Of a stretch of 64,000 nt of DNA, positions 22,400-33,403 are shown piece after piece. The translations under genes were made by a program, and so were the position numbers. Below the pieces are notes generated by a model that was given only the letters and a program-made list of their open reading frames with translations, ran no database searches and had not been told where the DNA came from. Origin of the DNA: Trypanosoma brucei (taxonomy: Eukaryota); contig CM000208.1 of NCBI GenBank assembly GCA_000002445.1, positions 2,432,001-2,496,000 of the forward strand, read 5' to 3'. The first letter of the stretch is position 1. Each line of letters begins with the position of its first letter.

Positions 22400-24124
22400 A
22401 TGCGTCGTTGCAAACTGTGGCTACAAGGCAAGGGTCTAACAACGCTGATCTCTGCTGTCTCTTCATGTCGTGTTGCTCTGGCATCTGAGGACGTGTATAA
22501 AATCTGTGCGTTGCTGAAGGCCAAAGAAGATACGCTGCATTTGCAAACGAACCAGAGCTTTATCCATGGACTGCATGTTCAGTACAAAAAACTGGACCCA
22601 GAGGAGGTGACACCTTTTCAGAAGTCATTCATTGATGGTACCTTCGCCGCTTTCCCACTTAGCCCTGACTTGCTGGTTGCCTCCTCCCAGACCGGAAAGA
22701 ACGAGGGTAGTGATATAACCAACATTCAAGCAGGGGAGACAAGCATATCACCAGTTGTCGCCTCCGGAACCGTGGTGGAAAAATGTCCACACGCGGGTTT
22801 GGGGTCCGGTGGGGAGACAGAGGTGGAAGAGAGGTTAGCTGCCGTGTGGGATATTGTACAAGAGTGTCAAAAGTCTAACTTCGTTGGAACGGACGGAATA
22901 CAGAAGATACAAGTACACTGCAAAGCACTGGAGAGGCACTTACGACGAATGAGGCCCTTCGAAATAGTATCCCTCGTTAGGGCCCTCGCCACGATCAACT
23001 ACCAAGATTATGCGCTCACAAATCTGCTCGCTCGTCGGAGCTGTGAGGTCGCGTCAAAGCTGTCCTCTTCTGAAGTTTGCAGAACCTACTTCAACCTCAG
23101 CAAACTACAAAGCCACGACTCGATGGTGGCCTTCGTAAACCAGATTGAGATTCAGATGGACAATTTACATCGTGACCAGGTTCAGTTTGTTGCCATGGCG
23201 CTCGAACGCCAACCGCAGATCGCGTCAGCGCCAGCACGCATGGTGCCAAAGCTTTTGGCTAGAGCGGTTACGCTTCTCCACGAAGTAAATGATGCAGCGT
23301 ACCACAGGTCCCTGTTGGTTGTGGCAGCACGATACAACCTACGACGCCATCCTGCAGTTCCGAAAATAATTGCCAACGTGACTAAACATCTCGGCAGCGT
23401 CTCTGACCGCGATTTACTGACCATGCTGCAGTCCGCAGTGGATCTCGAAATTTCAGCGGGTACCACAGGGATGTCCGAGCTGCTAGAGAGAACAGAAACT
23501 GCGGTGGATACGGTGGAAGTGAGGTCTCTCGACACACTCGTGGACATACTCTCTGTCCTGCCCGTAGACACGGGAAAGATAATGGAAAGGTTGTTAAACC
23601 GTCTCACAGTAGACGCTGGTAAACTGTCCATACCTCAGTTAGCCCTGACGCTCGATCTCTTATCCGGCTATCCGGCTGCAAGGGGCCACCCGTGCATTGC
23701 AGCTTTAGCGTTTGCGGCCTCAATGAGGGCCGACTCCTTCGACGGCGAAGCGCTAGAACAATTGCTGCTGAATCTGGGCCAATTGGGTCAATTCTCCGAT
23801 GACTTTTATGCGTTGGTGCAAGTTTTGCAGAACGTCAAGGGTGGCTTCCGTAGCGCTGAGAAGTTATTCGAGTTGATGAGGTGCTGTACCCGGGACGTTG
23901 TATCAGATGTCCGGGGCCAAGACATGATCACGAGGGGGATTCTGGGATTGGCGCCGGGCATGAACGACGAAAATTTATCAGAGGCTCGCAAACTCCTTGT
24001 GCAGCTCGGTGTTGATGATAAAAACGTTCATCAGATTATTTTCCGTCGTGCGAAGCAGATCCAAAGAGAGTCAGGTAGTCGGTGGGGTCGCCGCGGTTAC
24101 GATGTCTCGGGCGACACCATGTAG
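22400..24124 (+). CDS. hypothetical alpha-helical repeat protein, paralogue A of a tandem pair (possibly heptatricopeptide/FASTK-like)
   Basis: ATG start. Shares collinear motifs with the next gene: 'DVYKICALL...FIHGLHVQYKK...TPFQKSFIDGTFAAF...LGQLGQFSDDFYALVQ'. Confidence 0.55.
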   Translation: MRRCKLWLQGKGLTTLISAVSSCRVALASEDVYKICALLKAKEDTLHLQTNQSFIHGLHVQYKKLDPEEVTPFQKSFIDGTFAAFPLSPDLLVASSQTGKNEGSDITNIQAGETSISPVVASGTVVEKCPHAGLGSGGETEVEERLAAVWDIVQECQKSNFVGTDGIQKIQVHCKALERHLRRMRPFEIVSLVRALATINYQDYALTNLLARRSCEVASKLSSSEVCRTYFNLSKLQSHDSMVAFVNQIEIQMDNLHRDQVQFVAMALERQPQIASAPARMVPKLLARAVTLLHEVNDAAYHRSLLVVAARYNLRRHPAVPKIIANVTKHLGSVSDRDLLTMLQSAVDLEISAGTTGMSELLERTETAVDTVEVRSLDTLVDILSVLPVDTGKIMERLLNRLTVDAGKLSIPQLALTLDLLSGYPAARGHPCIAALAFAASMRADSFDGEALEQLLLNLGQLGQFSDDFYALVQVLQNVKGGFRSAEKLFELMRCCTRDVVSDVRGQDMITRGILGLAPGMNDENLSEARKLLVQLGVDDKNVHQIIFRRAKQIQRESGSRWGRRGYDVSGDTM

Positions 24125-24427
24125 CGGCAACCACGGTGCTTTTACCCAGCTCTGTCGTTAGCGCCACCTACGGTTAGTATCTGTAGCTTTTTTCCCTGTG
24201 GGTTTCACACATTGTCAACCTATTACTGGGCAGCTGTGTCTGTCTCCTGTTTGTATTGGCTCCGCAGCGGTATTTTGATGCGCTGTGTGTGCAAAATTGT
24301 TTTTCCCCTCTTTCTTTCTTGACGGGCGTTGCGGTGGCAAATGTACTCGGTTGTTTATTGATTTATTACCACAGTTCCATAGGCTAAAGTCACGCTAGAG
24401 TGGAAACTTGTGTTCACTGTGGGCACA

Positions 24428-26065
24428 ATGCTCAACGTTCTCTCGAGCACAGCTTCGGCCGCGCTCGCGACAGTAGTAGTGGCACGCCCCTCCGCACTAC
24501 ACCTCATATTTGAGCGATGCAAGCTGAATCTTGTGGAATTCACGGCTCAGGACGTATATCAAATTTGCACCACCGCGTACAACATGGACACGCTGGGCAT
24601 GCTTCAGGATCCGGACTTCATGCGTGGGCTTCATGACGCCTTCCGACGCTCGGATCAGACGGTTATCTCCCCGTTTCAGGCGAACCTTATCGCTGATACC
24701 TTCCGCAAGGTGGGCATCAACAGCATGCCGAAGGAAGTGTCTGTGCCGGAGGAGGACGCCATTTCCCCCGAGTCACTTATACTAGTGCTTCGCAACATGA
24801 ACATCACGAAGCAGCGAGATGAGCGAAAGATTAACGAAGTTTTAAAATTGATGTTTCCTATATTAGACGAATTTAGTCCGACACAGCTGTCTCTCACGGT
24901 AACAGAGTTGGCGAGGCTAAAGTCTACAAATGCCGATTTCGTGGGTAAATTAGCCAAACGGATTATGGAATATAACGATGACTTAAGTGCACTTGACATA
25001 TCGTCAGCTGCTGTAAGCCTCGCCTACTGCCCGGGAATATCGCATAATATACTTTACCGCATGATGCAAATTGTAGAGGAGAGGATGGGGGAATTCCAGC
25101 CAGAGGATTACATTAACGTTTTACACGCTCTTAACACATTAGGGCCCAAGTTTGTGAATACCTTCCGAAAAATAGTGGAGTGTGGCCTGCAGCATGTGGA
25201 AAACATGGATGCCGTAACGTTGACAAATTATATGGTTTGTTTTTCAACAATGGACTACAAGCAGCGTGAACACATTGATATCTACGCAGATGCGCTGGTG
25301 GAAGTTGCGACAGACCTCTCTGAAAAGGATCTGGTGATGGCTTTTATCGCGCTCCAGCGACTTCGACTTCTCAGTGACACAATGTTTGGCACCATGGCGT
25401 CTTGTGTGATACGTTACGCAGCGAAAATGGACCCGCGTAACATCGCACCTATTATGGACATCTGCAGCACCGTCCCTCATGCATCCGATCACCTCATGAA
25501 GGTCCTCATGGATCGCGCTGTCGAGTGTACGCGCATTCTTACAGCGAATCAATTAGGAGACATTCTCGATATATTGGGCCTTTACCCACCAGCACGAGAG
25601 CATCCACTTGTACAGCTGTTCGGAAAGCAGGCTCGGCTCCGCCTGGATTTGATGGGCCCCGATGCGCTCGCTAATGCCACTCGGGGGCTGGCGAACCTTG
25701 GTTACGCGGACCCGGAGTATTACGCTCAAGCGGCGGAGACGGGCTTTCGCTATGGTTTCAAAGACTGGACTCTGCTGGAACCGATGCTCATGGGCCTCAG
25801 CATCACAGGTCAATGCCCACCTACCATGGTGCGAGTGCTCGGTTCACATATAGCGCCAATGGCCCGCTCAATGAGTTTAATGGAAATCGAGAGGGCTAAT
25901 CGTTATTTGAGGCGTCTCGGCTGCGAAGATGACTTTGTTTACAAGGCGATGGCGAGTCGTGTGTTGCAATTTGTGAAAGAGGTTACGCCTGAAATGCCGG
26001 AAGACCTGCAGGTCCTACTGCAGAGGGGGGCGGTTGAGCCTGGAGCTGCTCCCGGAGTTATGTGA
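24428..26065 (+). CDS. hypothetical alpha-helical repeat protein, paralogue B of the tandem pair; N-terminus looks like a mitochondrial presequence
   Basis: The listed ORF starts on GTG at 24410; the first ATG is at 24428 ('MLNVLSSTASAALATVVVARPSAL'). Motifs collinear with paralogue A: 'DVYQICTTA...FMRGLHDAFRR...SPFQANLIADTFRKV...LANLGYADPEYYAQAA'. Confidence 0.55.
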   Translation: MLNVLSSTASAALATVVVARPSALHLIFERCKLNLVEFTAQDVYQICTTAYNMDTLGMLQDPDFMRGLHDAFRRSDQTVISPFQANLIADTFRKVGINSMPKEVSVPEEDAISPESLILVLRNMNITKQRDERKINEVLKLMFPILDEFSPTQLSLTVTELARLKSTNADFVGKLAKRIMEYNDDLSALDISSAAVSLAYCPGISHNILYRMMQIVEERMGEFQPEDYINVLHALNTLGPKFVNTFRKIVECGLQHVENMDAVTLTNYMVCFSTMDYKQREHIDIYADALVEVATDLSEKDLVMAFIALQRLRLLSDTMFGTMASCVIRYAAKMDPRNIAPIMDICSTVPHASDHLMKVLMDRAVECTRILTANQLGDILDILGLYPPAREHPLVQLFGKQARLRLDLMGPDALANATRGLANLGYADPEYYAQAAETGFRYGFKDWTLLEPMLMGLSITGQCPPTMVRVLGSHIAPMARSMSLMEIERANRYLRRLGCEDDFVYKAMASRVLQFVKEVTPEMPEDLQVLLQRGAVEPGAAPGVM

Positions 26066-26459
26066 CAAGGCATATGAACTGCATCTCCGTCGATGCTGTC
26101 ACTTCGTTACAAAGAGAGGAGAGTTCTTGGAGGGAGGGCCATTTCCTACACGTACCTCTTAGGATATTTTATGTGTGCGGGTATGCGATCTTCTTTTTTT
26201 TTTTTTGTACCTCTTTGTGCATTGTCTATATGGCTGTAACAACAATTCCACCTTGTGTTCTTTTTCGACTGCCTGTTACCTAATTCTTCCTCTTTTCTCC
26301 TCTCCCCCACACTGCATGTTGGGCACTCGGCTCTCGTTCACTTTTGTGGCCGTCCTTCTAGGTGCCATTCACTCAGACGCACAGGAAACAGGAAGGTGAC
26401 AAAACTCGTTACATTCGGTTTGTATCGATTATATTATTATCCTTCCTTCACAAGCTACT

Positions 26460-27455
26460 ATGTACCGGTCCCGGCCCGAGCCCGTTCAGGGCCACTTGTT
26501 TACCTACTACAAAGATCCCTACTGTAAGATACCCGTTTTCATGATGAATATGGACGCCCGTCGGTGCGTTTTGTGGGTAGGAGGACAGACTGAGTCCTTA
26601 TTAAGCTTTGACTACTTCACCAACCTTGCTGAGGAACTCCAGGGGGATTGGGCCTTCGTTCAAGTTGAGGTGCCAAGCGGGAAGATCGGCTCCGGTCCAC
26701 AGGACCACGCACATGATGCCGAAGATGTGGATGACCTCATTGGTATTTTGTTGAGGGACCACTGTATGAATGAAGTGGCACTATTCGCAACAAGCACAGG
26801 AACTCAGTTGGTGTTTGAGCTGCTCGAAAATAGTGCCCACAAGAGTTCTATCACACGCGTCATACTTCATGGTGTCGTCTGCGACCCTGAGAACCCATTG
26901 TTCACTCCTGAGGGGTGCGCAGCGCGAAAAGAGCATGTCGAAAAGCTAATGGCAGAGGGCCGCGGTGAAGATTCTCTTGCGATGCTCAAGCACTACGACA
27001 TCCCTATTACCCCTGCACGCCTTGCAGGCGGAGGCTTCCCCACCCTCCAGGAAGCCGTTTGGAACCCTTGCATTCGCAAGGAATTTGACGTGCTGCGGAG
27101 GTCCGTCGGTGTGATTAAGGTTCCATTGCTTCTCATGCTTGCCCACAACGTGCAATACAAGCCGTCCGACGAGGAAGTAGGAACTGTCCTAGAGGGCGTG
27201 AGGGATCACACAGGATGCAATCGTGTCACCGTGTCGTATTTCAACGACACGTGTGATGAACTTCGTCGCGTGTTGAAAGCAGCAGAAAGCGAGCATGTGG
27301 CCGCCATTCTTCAGTTTCTTGCTGATGAAGACGAATTCCGCACCGAGACTGAGAAGAACAACCGAATTAAAGCAGCTGAGGATGAAAAGAAGAGAAAATC
27401 GGTCCTACAGGTATCATCTTTTGCTCAAGCCGCTTCCTCAGTGAAAGCTTCGTAA
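26460..27455 (+). CDS. alpha/beta-hydrolase-fold protein, DUF1749/UPF0613-like
   Basis: ATG start. 'VLWVGGQTESLLSFDY' followed by a nucleophile-elbow-like 'ALFATSTGTQLV'. Length and order resemble the DUF1749 esterase family. Confidence 0.45.
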   Translation: MYRSRPEPVQGHLFTYYKDPYCKIPVFMMNMDARRCVLWVGGQTESLLSFDYFTNLAEELQGDWAFVQVEVPSGKIGSGPQDHAHDAEDVDDLIGILLRDHCMNEVALFATSTGTQLVFELLENSAHKSSITRVILHGVVCDPENPLFTPEGCAARKEHVEKLMAEGRGEDSLAMLKHYDIPITPARLAGGGFPTLQEAVWNPCIRKEFDVLRRSVGVIKVPLLLMLAHNVQYKPSDEEVGTVLEGVRDHTGCNRVTVSYFNDTCDELRRVLKAAESEHVAAILQFLADEDEFRTETEKNNRIKAAEDEKKRKSVLQVSSFAQAASSVKAS

Positions 27456-27851
27456 GGAACCTATGTATTTTTACTGCATGCAAAACAACTTATAAAAAGT
27501 ACCGAAGGCAAGGAAGAAAAACAAGGTGAAGAATGTTTCCAAGGGGCTCCCCGATGTATTTCGATGTTTAAAGAGAGGAGGTTTTGATTCGTTTTGTCCT
27601 TCATGTATCTGGGCAACTAACACTCCGCTCCATTTTTTGTCGCTATTGGCTTGTCCCTAAGCATCTAGTTGTGCCCTCAAAGTGGGTTCATCACTTCTGA
27701 GGTGCGTGCCTTTTAAAGCAACGAGAGTGTTTCCCTGTTTTTTGGCCGCCTTTTCCGGTGCAATGTGTAAACTTCCCACATTTTTTCTCTCATAAATGTG
27801 TAAGCGGCCCTCACCTCCTCGCGGGTGGTTGTGTGGAGCAATAAGGAAAAC

Positions 27852-29837
27852 ATGACAGACGCCGAATCTGACGGCACTGTTGAGTACTACGTGGAAGATG
27901 CCACAGCGATTTCGGTTTTATTCACGCGATCATTGAGCGGGAGCTCGAGTAGGTCATCTACGGGTGGTGAATCACCCGTACCAGCGGCGAAGACTAAACC
28001 TTTCGGTGAGATTGCAGCTTTGGCTCGCTATCCGTTAGGTTCGTGGGAACGCCACGTCGTCGAAGAGCGGCTTCGCGCTATCAAGCGACATGAACGGGAG
28101 CGTATACTCCGCGCTGAAATAGAAAAGGAATGCACCTTTAAACCTCGTGTGATTTCCTCGGATGGGCACACCCGCAGTGCGTCAGCAGGGGCACCCCAAC
28201 CTGAGTCAGATCGACGGACACAGGTGTTCATGCGACTTACCGAGAGGGCGAAGAAACGGGACGCTCGAATTGCTCAACTAAAGGCAGAGAAGGAACTCAA
28301 GGAGGAAGAAGCGCTACGGGATGCCTTTAAGCCTCGTGTCAACGCAGCGGGGGAGCCGAAGAGTGCGCTTAACGTGCGCTCGCTTAACGTTCCGGTGGAG
28401 GAAAGACTCCTTCACTACGGCAAGACCATAGAGGAGAGCCGTCGTTTGCTTCAAGAGGAGCGTCGGCGAGAGGAACTGAAGGAAATGCGCAACGGTTTGC
28501 TTCCTCGGAGGGAGCGAAACAACGCCCCAAAGAAGGAAGAGAGGGATATTGCCTACCGTTCGCAACATTTAATCATAGAGCGCGAAAAGGAACGGGCGCT
28601 TGCCCAAAAGGCCCTTCTGGAGCAACATCCATTTCGCCCAAAGGTGTGCAGTACGTCAGACGCGATCGACCGTGAGCGAAGGGCTCAGTACAACGCCAAG
28701 GATCGTGGAGCACTGCTCTACGCCGAAGGGTTACATAGACAGCGACGACGGCAAGAAGAGGTTGTGCGGCAACAAAAACGAGAGTTCAGTGGATCCGGCA
28801 AACCGACCACGAGCCCGTTAACCAACGACTGGATTTACCATGGGCAACACAGGGCCCTCTTCGAGCAGAATTTCGTTCGCCGACAGGAGTTGTACCAGCA
28901 AGTGCGGGAGGAGCACCAGCGACGACTTGCATTGGCCCTCGAAGAGAATGATAGAAAGGCTGCCGAAATTCCGCGCATTGACCCAGCAATGATTGAGGAA
29001 CAAGTAGAACGCCTTTACCTCGGCGGCTACGGAGTTGGTAAAGAATCCAAGAAATGCAAAGACCGTCTTGATAAGGATGATGGTTGTTCCTTTCGTCCAC
29101 AACTTGCACCTGGAACAGCATATGTTATCGCACACTCCAGGCGTGAGCCGGATGTCGTGAAGCGTTTGGCAGCATCTACGCAGCGGAGGCGGTGTGCATC
29201 AGATGTCAATATATTCGGATCATACGACGAGGGAAATGAGGAAAGGGAAGAAAAGGCGAAGAATAAAAACAGCAATGCACGGACTGTAGGGCCCGAAGAG
29301 GCTGAGGAGTTTTATCAGCGACAGAAGCGTGCTGTGGAAGAGCGGCAAGCACAGTTACGCGAACGCAAGCAACGACTGGCAATGGAAGAACTCTTTGCTT
29401 GTACATTCAGGCCGAAGACGTGTACAGACGGGTATCAGCAACGGCGCCAAAGGGAAGTGTCGCCAGAGAGGCAAAAAGAATATAGAGTGGAGGCTCGCGT
29501 CTCCGGGGTAACCGCCTATCTGCAGCGCCAAGCTGAGGCAAAACGGCAACGAGACGACTTGCGGGCGAGGTACGAAAACCTTGGTCGCTTGTCTTCTTCA
29601 AGTGCGCGGGGCCCAACTGTCATTAAGCCGTTTAACCTGTCAAGCGGACGCGCATCGCGCACGCGCTGCTTGAGTTCCGCCACAGCTTCACAGGGATGTA
29701 ACAGCGAGGTGGAAGAGCGAGAGGGTAATCGTCACACAGATTTATTTACTCAGCAGGAGGTTATCGAGGCGCTTGATGGGAAGCGAGAACCGGCATCTGC
29801 GAGGTGCCACCACCAACGAACGCGGGGCCCCTGGTGA
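27852..29837 (+). CDS. basic, Arg/Glu-rich coiled-coil protein with five copies of a C-x-F-[KR]-P-[KRQ] motif
   Basis: Listed start 27825 is GTG; first ATG is at 27852. Motif copies: 'ECTFKPRV', 'DAFKPRVN', 'HPFRPKVCS', 'CSFRPQLAP' and 'ACTFRPKTC'. They are spaced through long ERK-rich helices. Confidence 0.55.
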   Translation: MTDAESDGTVEYYVEDATAISVLFTRSLSGSSSRSSTGGESPVPAAKTKPFGEIAALARYPLGSWERHVVEERLRAIKRHERERILRAEIEKECTFKPRVISSDGHTRSASAGAPQPESDRRTQVFMRLTERAKKRDARIAQLKAEKELKEEEALRDAFKPRVNAAGEPKSALNVRSLNVPVEERLLHYGKTIEESRRLLQEERRREELKEMRNGLLPRRERNNAPKKEERDIAYRSQHLIIEREKERALAQKALLEQHPFRPKVCSTSDAIDRERRAQYNAKDRGALLYAEGLHRQRRRQEEVVRQQKREFSGSGKPTTSPLTNDWIYHGQHRALFEQNFVRRQELYQQVREEHQRRLALALEENDRKAAEIPRIDPAMIEEQVERLYLGGYGVGKESKKCKDRLDKDDGCSFRPQLAPGTAYVIAHSRREPDVVKRLAASTQRRRCASDVNIFGSYDEGNEEREEKAKNKNSNARTVGPEEAEEFYQRQKRAVEERQAQLRERKQRLAMEELFACTFRPKTCTDGYQQRRQREVSPERQKEYRVEARVSGVTAYLQRQAEAKRQRDDLRARYENLGRLSSSSARGPTVIKPFNLSSGRASRTRCLSSATASQGCNSEVEEREGNRHTDLFTQQEVIEALDGKREPASARCHHQRTRGPW

Positions 29838-30194
29838 CGATATTTTTAAATTCAATGAGAGTGCAGCAGGTGATACTGCTGATGACACGCTGGTACGTGC
29901 CCAGGGACCGACAAGTCAAAAACGGTGTCCCAGCAAGACGCTGCTGATCCCTGTGCTGTATGATGCCGTAGCCGGAGCAAAGAAATGTTCCAAAGGAGAG
30001 GAAGGCTGCTGGCTCTTGGCTTCCCCCGATGAAACGGGGTAATGGACCCTGGCACCACGTTGAGGTGGCCGGCATCGCCATGGGAAACCGCAGGTCCCAC
30101 GCCACATCAATGAGGGCAGAGAACAGCCACGATAATCGTGAGTTCAGTCTGTGTTGCTGTGCCCCCACAAACCGTCCAAAATCTGTTTTTCTTT

Positions 30195-30216
30195 TGTGTG
30201 TGTGTGTGTGTGTGTG
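30195..30216. repeat. (TG)n microsatellite in the 5' region of the PPR gene
   Basis: 'tgtgtgtgtgtgtgtgtgtgtg' read directly. Confidence 0.9.
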
Positions 30217-30538
30217 TTTTAATTATTGTTCTTGTGTGATGCTATTCATCGGTCTCACTTACTTCACAACCAACTGTTCCTCCTCTTTCTCACTTTCTGG
30301 TTACTTTTGCTCATCCTGTTTGCTGTCGTCGTCTACCACCGAAACTGAACGGCTGCCAATTTTATACCTTTCATTGAGCCCGGCGGAGTCCTGTATCACC
30401 ACAGCCCGAACTGACCCAACGGTACTGGAAAAAGTGCGGGTATCACTAATTTCTGTTGTGTACAGCAAAGCCGCGCGTAGGTGCTTTCTTTGTTTTCGGT
30501 TGCCATCGCAGACATTTTGTTCACCCCAGCGCCGTGTC

Positions 30539-31405
30539 ATGGCAATGCTTTCACAGGCTCGCGTAGCAGGTTGGGCGTCGCGCTGGCTTACTGATGAATT
30601 AGTGGCACTCTCTAAGGCGGGGAATTGGGAAGCAGCGATTAGCACCTTTTTACAATTGCAGCAGGCCAACATCGTGCAGAGCAATGTCTTTCATTATACA
30701 ACTGTAATTAGTGCTTGCGGTCGTGCTGGGAAATGGGAAGCAGCCATGTCCATTTTTGACCAGATGACGAAGAACGAAGTGAAACCCAACGTCTACACGT
30801 ACACGGCTGTGATTAATGCCTGCGCCAGCGCCGAGAAAGCAGACGTTGCGCTCCGCATGTTCGCCCATATGAGGTTGGCAGATGTACCACCCAACGTGCA
30901 AACCATGACAGCTCTTGTTAACGCGTGTGCTCGTTCCGGCGAATGGGAACGAGCGATAAAAATACTTCGCGATTGCGAGGAACTTTTTGTAGCGCCAAAT
31001 GTCTTCACATACACCGCTGCAATGGACGGGTGCAGGCGGGGGGGTGTTTGGAAACCTGCGGTGGATTTGCTCAACGAGATGCGCGACCCGACCCGCGTTC
31101 GCCCCAACGAGGTCACGTACAACACTGTGATTAATGCATGTGCGGTGGCGTCCGAGTTGAATGCCGCGCTCCAAGTTTATGCGACTATGGTAAGCGATGG
31201 ATACACTCCTGTCAACTTCACCAAAACACTGCTGATGCAGTTGTTTAGAAACACAGCACTCAGTGGCCTAGCTGATGAACTGAAGGTGCGTAAAACCACC
31301 TGGCGAGAGATAAATGTCCCCGACACTGACCCTGCCACAGCACTTGAAGCTGTCCGCGAGGATTCCCCGGCAGTGGAGGAGGAGGAGGAGGAAGGGAAAG
31401 GGTAA
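30539..31405 (+). CDS. pentatricopeptide-repeat (PPR) protein, probably mitochondrial
   Basis: Six or seven canonical 35-aa PPR units ('VFHYTTVISACGRAGKWEAAMSIFDQMTKNEVKPNVYTYTAVINACASAEKADVALRMF...'). The ATG at 30539 gives an amphipathic Arg-rich N-terminus, 'MAMLSQARVAGWASRW'. The longer ORF listed from 30029 spans the (TG)n tract and is probably 5'UTR. Confidence 0.7.
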   Translation: MAMLSQARVAGWASRWLTDELVALSKAGNWEAAISTFLQLQQANIVQSNVFHYTTVISACGRAGKWEAAMSIFDQMTKNEVKPNVYTYTAVINACASAEKADVALRMFAHMRLADVPPNVQTMTALVNACARSGEWERAIKILRDCEELFVAPNVFTYTAAMDGCRRGGVWKPAVDLLNEMRDPTRVRPNEVTYNTVINACAVASELNAALQVYATMVSDGYTPVNFTKTLLMQLFRNTALSGLADELKVRKTTWREINVPDTDPATALEAVREDSPAVEEEEEEGKG

Positions 31406-31762
31406 AGAAAAGCTGTCGATGCGCAACGAAGCTCGTCGGAAATTCTCAATTTCACATAACGCGTCTTTCCCAGCATACGCTCGGATGTTAGCGCCTCTGC
31501 TATTCGAGCAGAGACCACCCGAAGTCTCTAGTAAAACTATTTTCGGTGGCCGTTAGTCATTCCCGTCACCATCCCCACGCATTCACCGTGCACTACAAGT
31601 ACATGTTCCTCCACTCTGTTTCTATTTTTAGTTTGATGCCGGCACCCCGTTTACTTCCTTTCGTTTCAAGTCCCTTTTCGTCTTGATTGTTTTTACTCGT
31701 GTAACATAGGAAGGTAAGAATCCAAGTGACGGTTGGGGTGGTAAGAGTGCCGTGCGGCAGAC

Positions 31763-33097
31763 ATGAAATGTGAGCTGGCATCCCTAATAAAGGAGAATGC
31801 GCAGCTTGGACGCGAGATGCGTGGTACTCCCCAGCTCCGTGTTCCACAGGAAACGGATGTTGCGTGGCGGTTGCGCCGTGACGTGCTGCTCCATTCCGAG
31901 TATCCGCACGTCGCGGCGTGTCCAGAAAAGGATGTGGAGCGAAAAGATGGTCGTGCCGTTGTCGTATTTCAGGAGTCCAAGCTGCAAGGGGAGCCTCCGG
32001 AACGAACTGCAGCACAAAAGCGGTCAAGGTCTGACCACACTGCTGTTGTCTCGGTTGACCCAAGCGTTCTGAAGGCTCGTGCTTCATCTCTAGGTGAGCG
32101 CATCGTTGGTGCCGCTGGCCCTTCCTTCGAGCCGTATACGGCTCCACCCTCGTGGAAGATGGCCAAAGTGTTGGTAGGCCACCGAGGCTGGGTGTGGGGT
32201 GCTGCAGTAGATCCTAGCAATTCGTGGTTCGCTACAGGAGGCGGGGATGGCGTAGTTAAAGTCTGGGATCTGACCACCGGTGCGCTTAAGCTCAACCTTA
32301 CTGGGCATAAGGAAGGTGTCAGAGCCCTCTCGCTCAGCACATTGTCACCGTACATGTTTACTGGTAGTGATGATCACTCGGTGAAGTGTTGGGACCTTGA
32401 ACGCAACGAAATCATACGCGATTTCCACGGCCACAAAGGCTCCGTTCACTGTGTAAGCACACACCCATCGCTTGATATTGTGCTTAGCGGTGGCCGGGAT
32501 AAGACCGTGCGGGTGTGGGATGTCCGTACACGCTCCTGCGTCCACCTACTGTTAGGCCACAGCGACAGTGTAATGTCCCTTGCTGTTCAGCAGGAGGATC
32601 CGCAAGCGATATCTGGAGGTAGTGACGGAATGGTTTATCTGTGGGACATAGCTTCAGGTCGCGCCTTCACCCGACTCACAAGGCACAAGAAACCTGTACG
32701 TGGGCTGGCACTGAGTCGGCAGAGAGTATTAGTTTCGTGTGGAGCTGACAACATTCGCGTATGGTCACTACCAACGGGGGAGTTTCTTTTCAACGCCTCC
32801 ACACTGGATAACGGCAAGGAAACGAAGAAGGAGAAGGAGCAGGAACCGCAGCGTTGGAGTTGTTGTAGCGTCAGCCCGCGGAATGTGCTGGCGGTGGGAA
32901 GCCAAGAAGGAAGGCTTTTGTTCTTTGACTGGTCACATCCACAGCAGGGGCCGTACCAGGCGACAAAAACGCGGTCCGTACCTGGTACTCTACCAGGGGA
33001 GGGCGGAATTAACGGCCTTGCATTCGACGCCTCCGGATCGCGATTGATTACGGCGGAAAGCGACAAGAGTGCTAAGGTGTGGCGCACGAAGGAGTAA
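31763..33097 (+). CDS. PLRG1 / PRL1 / Prp46 spliceosomal (NTC-associated) WD40 protein
   Basis: Seven WD repeats that align almost collinearly with PLRG1: '[51 protein letters not shown]...[37 protein letters not shown]' versus '[51 protein letters not shown]...[37 protein letters not shown]'. Confidence 0.85.
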   Translation: MKCELASLIKENAQLGREMRGTPQLRVPQETDVAWRLRRDVLLHSEYPHVAACPEKDVERKDGRAVVVFQESKLQGEPPERTAAQKRSRSDHTAVVSVDPSVLKARASSLGERIVGAAGPSFEPYTAPPSWKMAKVLVGHRGWVWGAAVDPSNSWFATGGGDGVVKVWDLTTGALKLNLTGHKEGVRALSLSTLSPYMFTGSDDHSVKCWDLERNEIIRDFHGHKGSVHCVSTHPSLDIVLSGGRDKTVRVWDVRTRSCVHLLLGHSDSVMSLAVQQEDPQAISGGSDGMVYLWDIASGRAFTRLTRHKKPVRGLALSRQRVLVSCGADNIRVWSLPTGEFLFNASTLDNGKETKKEKEQEPQRWSCCSVSPRNVLAVGSQEGRLLFFDWSHPQQGPYQATKTRSVPGTLPGEGGINGLAFDASGSRLITAESDKSAKVWRTKE

Positions 33098-33403
33098 ATT
33101 CGAGTAGCAAAGCACTGGAACCCGAAAGGTTCACTTCACGTGCGAAGCTGTTGCGGTAAGAAAGGGAACGCGCCCACATGCTAATATCTTCACCGTCATT
33201 TCAATACACTAATTTGGGAGTGCTTTGTTATTACCCTGTTTCGGGAATTACCCTACTTGCCTCCACCTCCATAACAATCTTCTAGGACTGTCCGAAGGCT
33301 GTGGTGTGTTGGAGCGTAGGGAAGGTGTAAGGTAAAGGTTGAGACAGAAAGGAGACGCATTACCCCCAATACCACACGTTTATCGTGTTAGGTTCGACTG
33401 AGC

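Noticed and set aside
4253-24427. Several ORF-track start coordinates (4253, 13620, 14856, 24410, 27825 on plus; 43664, 44829, 46101, 61742 on minus)
   Set aside because: Inspection of the sequence shows these begin on TTG or GTG, not ATG. Trypanosomatid nuclear genes use ATG. I moved the starts to the first in-frame ATG downstream of the polyY plus AG signal.
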